DNA of 62,918 nt, the filler included, from Reclinomonas americana ATCC 50394 (lineage: Eukaryota), in the NCBI GenBank assembly GCA_048213135.1. It is 7 parts of 3 records of this genome, joined end to end, with 100 filler letters (N's around TTAATTAATTAA, not from the genome) between each part and the next. Parts side by side here need not be neighbours in the genome. Positions count along the whole stretch, not along the records: positions 52,847 to 59,916 come from PS015347.1; positions 60,017 to 62,918 come from PS015350.1; 5 more parts are not named here. One strand, written 5' to 3'. The translations under genes and the position numbers were made by a program. The notes under the pieces are model-generated. The model searched no databases and was not told where the DNA came from. It was given only the letters and a program-made list of their open reading frames with translations. Below, one piece after another: positions 54,201 through 62,918 of this stretch. Each line of letters opens with the position of its first letter. The stretch's first letter is position 1.

Positions 54201-57200
54201 AAAAATCTCAGTTATGCGTACACAGACGGTGACCAGTTTGACATCGGCTGTCACTAATAGCTCACACACGACAATACACTATGAGAAACATACCTGACTC
54301 ACGGAACCGTACAAGAGCATGGCACCACCACCGTTGGCGATATTAGTGTGAACTGCTCCGCATTAAGTGAGTTGACAACGACCGACAACACCAAGGTGCA
54401 CATCGAGCACTCTGCTACCAACCGTTGGAAACACCATTGCCGCTTGCCATGTTCGACGAGAATAAGCAGTTGTTGACGGCCTGCGGAATAATGAGCGATT
54501 CAATCCAGAGGTAAATCTTTGTCGGAGAGAAGCGTACAACTTAAAAAAACATACCTGCACCACAGCAACACGGTTACCAAAGATTAGCATCACGCCACCG
54601 CCATTTGTCTTTCCATCCTCTCCGACAGCGTCTCCAATGGAAGACACTGCGCGCAGTTGAGCCGCATCGATTAGGGACAACACCACAAAAAAACGATCGC
54701 TCACTCATGTGACGACAGAAAGAGCATGCCAGCATGCGCGTCTTCACTTACCGACGCTACGCCCATTGCCGTTGGCAGTGTTACCAACAAACGTACAGTT
54801 GCTAGAGGTTTGCGACAACTGCAATCACTCGCGGTGAGGAGGTCACTGCTGCAATAATAAGCAGACTCTCTGCTCGTATATCTGCAGCTACTGCGCGACG
54901 ATTCTCTAGGAACGCACCTTTTCACCACCTTGGTTAAAATTGATTAACATGACGCCACCACCGTTTGCAGAGCTGACTCTCACTGCCAACAACAACCATA
55001 GCAGATCTCAAACGCCGTACTCCACCGCAGCAAGCCCCCCCCCCCCCAGGCGAAATGGCACACACCTCCATTTCCATTGCTTTCAGCTCTGTTCAACGTG
55101 AACGCGCAGCTGGTGATGGTCTTCACAATCAAATGCGCTATGCGTGTTAATGACATGCTTGTAGCGAAAGATGGAGGCAATGCCTTTCTGTACAGACAAA
55201 ACACACACCTGCTCGACATTAAAACCACCATCTATAGTGATCAGCATGACACCACCGCCACTTGACAGGGAATACACACCTGTACACAAACACATTGACA
55301 AAATGCCACACCAGCAAAGTTCCACACACACGTCAACGACGCTGTGCTTCTCACCGCTATTTCCGTTGCTGTTGGCAGAGTTTGAGGAAAATGTGCAATT
55401 GCTGATGGTCTGCGACAGCTGTGATGGCATCACGTTATTCAAGCGATGAGCGCAATCACAACGATGATCAAAACACACCTTGCTGGCGCTCGCGAACAAA
55501 AGAACGCCACCGCCAGCACCAATAGCTCTCGTGCTCCCTGATCCTCCTCCGTTTGCGTTGTGATCAGCGTGGTTGAACAAGAACGTCGATCCAGTGATCT
55601 GCTAGAGCAAAAGACTCTTGTATTAGCTCCATCCGGTAACACGATCGCAACGGCTCGTAGAACTCACGGTCTGCGTTGCCGACTTCGACACGTCGTTGTA
55701 AGATGACCAAATAACGCCTCCGCCGACGCGTATACCGCCACCAACGTTTGCATTTTCCGACGCCGTGTTATTGAGAAACCAGCTGTCCAAGATCTGTCGT
55801 CCGTGGGTAGCAGGTGAGCGGGCAGAAATTCATCAGCTCGGCACCATCTCGATGTTCACAAAACCTCAACCGTACTTGCTCCAGACGTCCAAACAACCCC
55901 ACCGCCGCAGTCACCCGCAAAGCCTAGTTGATCACTTCCCCCTTTGCAGTTGCTGGTGGCCCCGTTCAGGGTGGCCGTCACATTCTGCACGATACCTCAG
56001 TATATAAGCACATGGTGGTCTGCTGTCTCTCGCCCCGCAGCTTTCATCAGACCTTCAGTGATACAATGGGTGATAATGCAGCTGACGCAAAAAGCGCCCA
56101 AATGGCTCCGCCTCCAACTTGTCGGCCACCACTTGCAGACGCATAAACGCATAGCGGGTCATCTGGTGACGGACATTGTATGCTACTGCCACTGTTGGTC
56201 ACCAAGTTCCCAGCCAACGAAGTGCCTTGAAAATCAACCAACAGCGCGTTGTTGACAAAAAGGCCACCACCGCCCACATGCGTGAACCCGTTCGACCAGA
56301 AAAGGCCACCATTTCCGCATTGAAACACCGTGTTGTTTGTCCACACGCCGCCGACATCTGTTACCGTCGCCGACGTTGGATCCGTCACATACATCGCACC
56401 ACCGCCCGTCTTCATCCAAGTGAGGTTCGTGGCCGTGTTGTTGACAAAACGAGTATCCACAGTGTTGACGACGACTCCACCGGAACCCGACACGAACACG
56501 GCACCCCCACCCGCGCTGCCCTGCGACACCGATATATCACCCGATCCGACAACGGAGTTGTTGGAAAACTCGCTGTCTTGGAAGACAACAGCGGCGCCAG
56601 GTGCGAGGTTGACAAGCGATAAGGCGGCTCCGGAGGCATCGTCACCGAACTTGGTGCAACCATGCCACGTGGAGCCTGCGACTTGAACCGCAGAGAACGG
56701 GCCAGACACGAGCACGGCGGAGGATAGTGTACCACTTGCAGCAGCACTGTGGTCCACGAACTGCGAGTTGATGATGAACAGCGATGCGGTGGTGGTAGAG
56801 GGAAGCGCAGTGGCGTCAAGCTGCAGGGCGCCCGCCGTGGAATCGGTAAAAAGACATCCAGAGATCACGACTTGTGGAGACGGTGTTGAAGAGAGAGCGC
56901 TCCACGAGACCGCTGGCTGACCGCCGGTAACGGAAAGGCCCGTCATTTCGAAGCGTTGTGAATCTTGCACAATGACGGACGCCATGGCCGACATTTGTAA
57001 GACGGGCGGTGGCGATGTCGACGACGATGCCTGCAAGGTGACGTTGCGACCTGTTTGTGTGTGAGAAGCGGAGTGAGTTGAAGAAGGGAGAAGACGCGCA
57101 ACTGCATCAAAGAGTGAGAGAGATATATAGAGATAGAGATAGAGAGAAAATAATGCGCGATCGCGAGGATAACAAGGGGAAAGTGGGGACAAGAGCAGGG

Positions 57201-58440
57201 GAGGTCAATATAGAAGGGAGGAGAGGAAAACAAGAGCGGGAATGAGCACACGAAGAGGATGGCTTTCCTCAGATCTCCCTCTTCATCTCCCTCACTTCCA
57301 CTTGCCACGGCCGTTGGACAAGGGAAAGATTATCCACCTCCCGCGCTTATCTCCCTCTTTCCTCCTTTCCCCCCACTCTCACTTGCCACGGGAAGGACAA
57401 GAGAAAGGCTATCCACCACCCGTGCTTATCTCCCCTCTGTCCTCCTTTCCCTCACTTCCACTTGCCACGAGAGGGACAGAGAAAGACTATCCACCACCCG
57501 CATTCATCCCCCATCTTTCCTCCTTTCCCGCTTCCACTTGCCACGGTCGTTGAGTGAGAGTGACGAGAGGGACAAGGGAGAGACTATCCATCTCCCGCAC
57601 GCATCTCCCACTTTCCCCCTTTCCCTCACTTCCACTTGCCACGGCCGCTGAGTGAGAGTGACGAGAGGGACAAGGGAAAGACTATCTACCCCCCGCACTC
57701 ATCTCCCCCCTTTTCCCCCTTCGCCCGCCGAGTGAGAGTACTGAGAGGGAATAGAGAAAGACTGTCTACTCTCGCACTCATTTCCCTCTTTCCCCCTTTC
57801 CCTCACTTCCACTTGCCACGGCCGCCGAGTGAAGAGTGACGGGAGGGTTAAGGGAAAGACTATCCACCTCCCGCACTCATCTCCCCTCTTTCTCCTTCTC
57901 GCGCTCTCTCTCGCTCTCTCGCTCGCTCGCACATACGCACACGAACGCGTACACTCACCTCCAAGTGAGAGCGGCGCGGTCAAGACGAATATGTCGCTGG
58001 CAAAAAGCACTTGCAGTGCCCATTCGAGCGATGCGGCCGAGTACCCACGTTGGGCACACGATGCCATGATCTGGTTCAGCGCACAGGGCGTAACAGAATC
58101 ACCACACGGTGTGGATAACGACCCGGCGGCGGCGACATTAACTGGCGGACATGATTATTGATGTGGCAATATCAAGACTGTTTTCATCACGCAACACACG
58201 CACACGCACCTGCACACTGCGACGACGGAGGCGCAGCTGTTGGGAAGAATGCGCGCTCATCCAAACGCAGAACTAGCGCACGTGTGTGTGTGAGTGAGAG
58301 AGAGTGGGATGGGAGGCGGACACAACTCCGGACAGGTCACGCCACCCACGCTCACCGCTGGCTCTCGCAGTGGACGACATAGCGACGAGGGAGAGTAGCA
58401 GCAGCAACACCACTGCTACTCTCCACACGCGAGACCACAT
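48289..58440 (-). CDS. Large secreted or surface parallel beta-helix protein (Pmp-like GG[A/G]x / FxxN repeats), 3'-incomplete
   Basis: Signal-peptide exon MWSRVWRVAVVLLLLLSLVAMSSTARA (58440), an N-cap VNVAAAGSLSTPCGDSVTPC, then dozens of CTFxxNxA...GGG(V/A)hh repeats. It has long exons at ~56050-57051 and 48289-50243 and many small exons between. Confidence 0.85.
57290..57890. repeat. Intronic degenerate tandem repeat, ~85-110 bp, about 6-7 copies
   Basis: CACTTGCCACG and AAAGACTATCCACC.CCCGC recur. Confidence 0.85.
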
Positions 58441-60110
58441 GAGGCGGTAAATGATTCGTGCGATGTTGCGCGGGTGGCGGTTTCTTGCACCACTCTAGTA
58501 GATATTCTGCACACATACATTCCAGATGTGAGGCAACAATGCAGGTGGTTTGCGAGGAGAAAACCATCGCACGTTATTTTCTCTCTTCGCCGTTTTTTTG
58601 AGTGTGTGATCGTGTCCCGCGAGATGAACTTCGGCAAAAAAGTCAAGCATGGCCGACTTTCGCTGGCGCCGACCACAATAAAATTGCCGACAAAAGTAAG
58701 AGGTTGTACTGCATAAAGCGGCGCGTGATAGCGCAATGATCGACGTCGGGACTCGAGGGAAGGGGAAGGGAGGGGAAGGGAGGGGGAGGAGGCGAAGGGA
58801 CAGGGAGGGGAAGGGAGGGGGAAGGGACAGGGAAGGGGAAGGGAAGGGAAGGGAAGGGAGGAGGGAGAGGGAAGAGGGAGAGGGAGGGGTAGGAGAGGGA
58901 AGGAGGAGGAGGAGGAGGAGGAGGAGGAGGAGGAGGAGGAGGAGAGGAGGAGGAGGAGGAGGAGGAGGAGGANNNNNNNNNNNNNNNNNNNNNNNNNNNN
59001 NNNNNNNNNNNNNNNNNNNNNNNNNNNNNNNNNNNNNNNNNNNNNNNNNNNNNNNNNNNNNNNNNNNNNNNNNNNNNNNNNNNNNNNNNNNNNNNNNNNN
59101 NNNNNNNNNNNNNNNNNNNNNNNNNNNNNNNNNNNNNNNNNNNNNNNNNNNNNNNNNNNNNNNNNNNNNNNNNNNNNNNNNNNNNNNNNNNNNNNNNNNN
59201 NNNNNNNNNNNNNNNNNNNNNNNNNNNNNNNNNNNNNNNNNNNNNNNNNNNNNNNNNNNNNNNNNNNNNNNNNNNNNNNNNNNNNNNNNNNNNNNNNNNN
59301 NNNNNNNNNNNNNNNNNNNNNNNNNNNNNNNNNNNNNNNNNNNNNNGGGAAACGAAGAGGGAAGGAGAAGGAAGACGAGAAGAGGTGAGCGGTGAGAGAG
59401 GAGAGGAACACAAGAGAAGAGAAGAGAGACGGAAAACAAGACAGAATGGATGAGAACAGCAGAGAAGAGAAGAGAAAGAATGTATGAGGAAGAAACGGGA
59501 GTCAGTCATTGTAAACAGGCAGCACCTTCCTTCTCGCCGGGATGTGATTCTCACAAGCATTCTGTGCAGGCCTGGTGCGAGACGTGCCGCACACTAGGGG
59601 ACGGTAACCTCTGGTGAGTCGAATTGCAAGAACTCGGCTCTCTATCTTTCTATTCCTCTGTTTGCATGTCCCCTCGTCTTCTTCCCTGCTCTCTCTCTCT
59701 CCATTATCTCCGGCTCTCACTTCGTCTCTCTCTATCCTTCCTCTCCATCTTTGCTCTCTTTCTCACACCCCCTCAACATTCACACACACTCTCTATATCT
59801 CAGTGTGCCAGTCTGTATGTTTCTGTTTATCTGCATGTCTGTCAATGTCTGTGCCTGTCTGTCTTCTTCTCTCTGCCAATCTTACCTATTCTCTCTCCGT
59901 CTCTCTCTCTCTCTCTNNNNNNNNNNNNNNNNNNNNNNNNNNNNNNNNNNNNNNNNNNNNTTAATTAATTAANNNNNNNNNNNNNNNNNNNNNNNNNNNN
60001 NNNNNNNNNNNNNNNNGTCTCTGTCGTCTCTCTACTCTCTCGTCTGTCTCTCTGTCTCTCTCTCTCTGTCTCTCTGTACTCTCTCGTCTGTCTGTCTGTC
60101 TGTCTGTCTC

Positions 60111-60165
<55 letters not shown>

Positions 60166-60205
60166 CATCCATCTCTCTGTCTGTCTGTCTTTCCGTCTGT
60201 CCGTC

Positions 60206-60268
<63 letters not shown>

Positions 60269-60399
60269 GACTCTCTTTGTGCATGTGAGTGTCCGTGCCT
60301 TGTGAATGCAACTCAGGTTGTACACATTGTATTTTTCCTTTGGGTCTATAAATCTCTTCTTGTGCACCCTGGCCTTCCACCATCTTGGCCTTCCGACAG

Positions 60400-62700
60400 C
60401 TCACCCTCTCCATCACCACGCAGCGATACTTCCATCCCGTTGAAGACCTGCGCGAGCTGCTCCAGGACCTCAAGTATGTGTACCTGCTGCCGGGAGCATA
60501 TGGCGAATCCGCAAGGTATCTTTTGCATTCGTACACACGGATGGCGTCGACTTCTCTCACTTCTCCTCCCTCCACATCGCAGATTCATCCTGTCCATGAT
60601 CCAGCAAGAACTGGCGATTTCAGGCCACGCCTTCCGCACCCGCTTCGCACAGGACAGCATGGCGACGCAAATCAGCGCCGAGGTGTCGGTGGTCACACGC
60701 CCCGATTCGCAGTTTTGGTGTGTATTTCACGAAAGCGACACGCGGCTCTGGCATTCACATTCACACTCACTCTGTTCTTGGCTAGTGGCGTCGCGTACAT
60801 TGTCATCAACCCGCTGGCGGCACGTAGTCCGCAGTTTGTCAGCTCGCTGATGGTGTGCCGCACTGGCATGTCGCTGCACTGGGTGAAGGCGTGCCTGTGG
60901 TTGAGTTGCGTCTGACAAGTGGTGCACTTCTGCAACGATTTCGTGTGCCGACACCTACACGTCGCAGATGTGGTGGAGCAGCTGGTGGGCGTCGATCTGT
61001 CGTTTGTGCACAAGTCGCAGCATTTGCCTGCGTCCATCTTTGCGCAGTATTACGACCGCGTTGCGCACCCGTTGACCAGTGGCGATCTCGAAGCGTTGCG
61101 TCGTGGTCAAGTCCATTGGTGTCGTGTCACAGGAATCTCACCTCCCTCCTCATTGCAGTGCAAGACGGATAGCCGGCAGCGACAAGGACGAACTGGTGAC
61201 CACGCACTTTGCGTCGGCCGCCAGCGAGAAGAAGTGGGAGTACACCCGCAATCCACCGTTGCGTCTTGCGCGATCAAGATGAGTGCTTACTTGAATCTGA
61301 CCTCCCAATGGACTCAGTTTGCCGGGCTTGGAGATCCGTCTGCTGTGCCTGGCGGAGGAGGCCGACGACATGTCGACGCTGCCTCGCCAGTCCAAGACAC
61401 AGCCGCGCAACAACTCGTACCACTTGCTGGAGCATCTGCTCATGTCGACCACCGATCGGTGTGTCTTGTCATACAAATATTGGAGATGACGACGGTTTCT
61501 CACTTATTTCCTTGTACCCTCAGTGAGCTGAGAATCGGCGTCGCTGGTGGCCACGGCACGCTGATGCGGTTCCTCACCGGCTACGCGTGCTTGCGGAAAG
61601 CACAACCCGAGCTGCTGCGAGGTGAGCATGATGTCTGCTCACGACGTGCCTTGCTATTGCTGAACACACACACGTTGGCAGATCGCGACCTCAAGTTCTA
61701 TCTCTTCCCGCTCGGCTCGTACAATGGACTGCCGGCTGTCATGTCGGCGTATGATGGCTGGTACGGGCGTTCGCTGGTGGCCCCGCTGCAGGTGAGATGG
61801 AGGAGGAAAGCGAGGAGAGAGGGAGAAGGGGAAAGGGAGAGTTGAGAGAGAGAGCATGGCGCGCATTCGTGCTCTCGCCATGCGAGAGAGAAAGAGAGTA
61901 CGGCCGTGGAAAATGTGTCCTTTCTGTTTTGGGAAGAGCATTTATGCGGAGCGCATGCTTCTCTTTTGTGAGGAGACCAAGAACGACAGAGAACTATGTG
62001 TGGTGAAGCAGAACTTTCTGTCGTGTGTGACAAGTCTTGGTGAGCATTCGAACAGAGCGCATGTTTTGGGCAAGATAATGCTTGAAGAGAGAGACTGAGT
62101 TGTGAAACACTCTGCGTGTTTGTGCAGAACCCATACTTTGTGTCTTGTGAGAGTATAGATGAGAAACGTATCCTGTCTCTCCTCTCGCGCCTGCCGCTGA
62201 CACCGCACGCACAGTTTGAGACCGAGACACTGCCGTTGCTGGAGGTGGATCTGGAGGCCATTCGGCAAGACATGCTGCGACCGGATGACGCACCGTGCGT
62301 TTTCTTACCACATGCCCCTTGTTCCTCGTGTATTACTTATGATAGCTTGCACACAGCGATGCTCTGCTCGAGTTCGAGACCGATCTGAAGATCACCAAGA
62401 GCGTGATCCATCATCACTCGGAGCCGGGTGTTGCGTTCATGGTTGCTGTTGTCACCTCTGTATCGTTGTTGCTTGTCTTACCCATCACGCAGTTGATCAT
62501 TGGCAACGAGATCCGACTCGCCGCACAGCACGAGGGTTTGTCGATCGTCACAGCTGCGATTCTCGCCCATGCACATGCCTCATCAACTTGTCACAGGCCT
62601 CAAGTTCATGGCCGAGCGATCCAAGTTGTTCGAGGTGCCGGCAATGTTGACCCACAATCTCGTGCAGTCGTACTTCCGTGATGCGCACTACACGCTTGAT
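60400..62700 (+). CDS. PI3K class IB regulatory subunit (PIK3R5 p101 / PIK3R6)-like protein, partial at both ends; PACS-like protein is the alternative
   Basis: Spliced segments YLLPGAYGESARFILSMIQQELAISGHAFR...YIVINP, LRIGVAGG..TL...GYACLR...LKFYLFP, AYDGWYGRSL and LVQSYFRDA follow the order of p101-family motifs as I recall them (WPxPY...I..ELKAPG...LLLNP; RVVVFG...AY..LR...LQFFYVP; LDPWYERN; YYCRFA). Confidence 0.6.
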
Positions 62701-62840
62701 GTTGCGTTTGCTGACTGTGTGGGAGGGCAAAAGAGGGAGGGAGAGAGAGACACATACACTGAGAGCCAGCTTGTGATACGATCTGTGTTGTTTATGTGTA
62801 TGTGTGCACCTGCGTGACGACCTCTGTGTGCTTTGCGTGC

Positions 62841-62918
<78 letters not shown>

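Noticed and set aside
60713..60717. Possible 5-nt microexon in the p101-like gene
   Set aside because: In-frame read-through from the upstream exon to the donor at 60718 gives the same phase more simply.

Overview
Intron-rich eukaryotic, probably protist, draft scaffold with N-gaps and six artificial TTAATTAATTAA linkers. Ten genes were reconstructed by hand-splicing. In order: a TKL-like kinase (+); a giant repeat coiled-coil protein spliced in frame to a C-terminal divergent actin-fold domain (-); DIS3L2 with an RGG-rich N-terminus (-); mannose-6-phosphate isomerase (+); RNA Pol I A49 subunit (-); an acidic hypothetical protein (-); a coiled-coil protein (-); the 5' part of CLASP (+); a secreted Pmp-like beta-helix protein built from duplicated exon pairs (-); and a PIK3R5/p101-like protein (+). 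The main observations are (1) a recurrent atypical 5' splice-site class, GTTGCG, found at about 17 junctions and always after a non-G exon end, suggesting shifted-register donor recognition; (2) the ~3,500-aa coiled-coil/actin fusion; (3) a class IB PI3K regulatory-subunit-like gene in an apparently non-animal genome; and (4) a phase-symmetric exon-pair array. Protein family calls come from recalled motifs, not database searches, and all exon boundaries are predictions.
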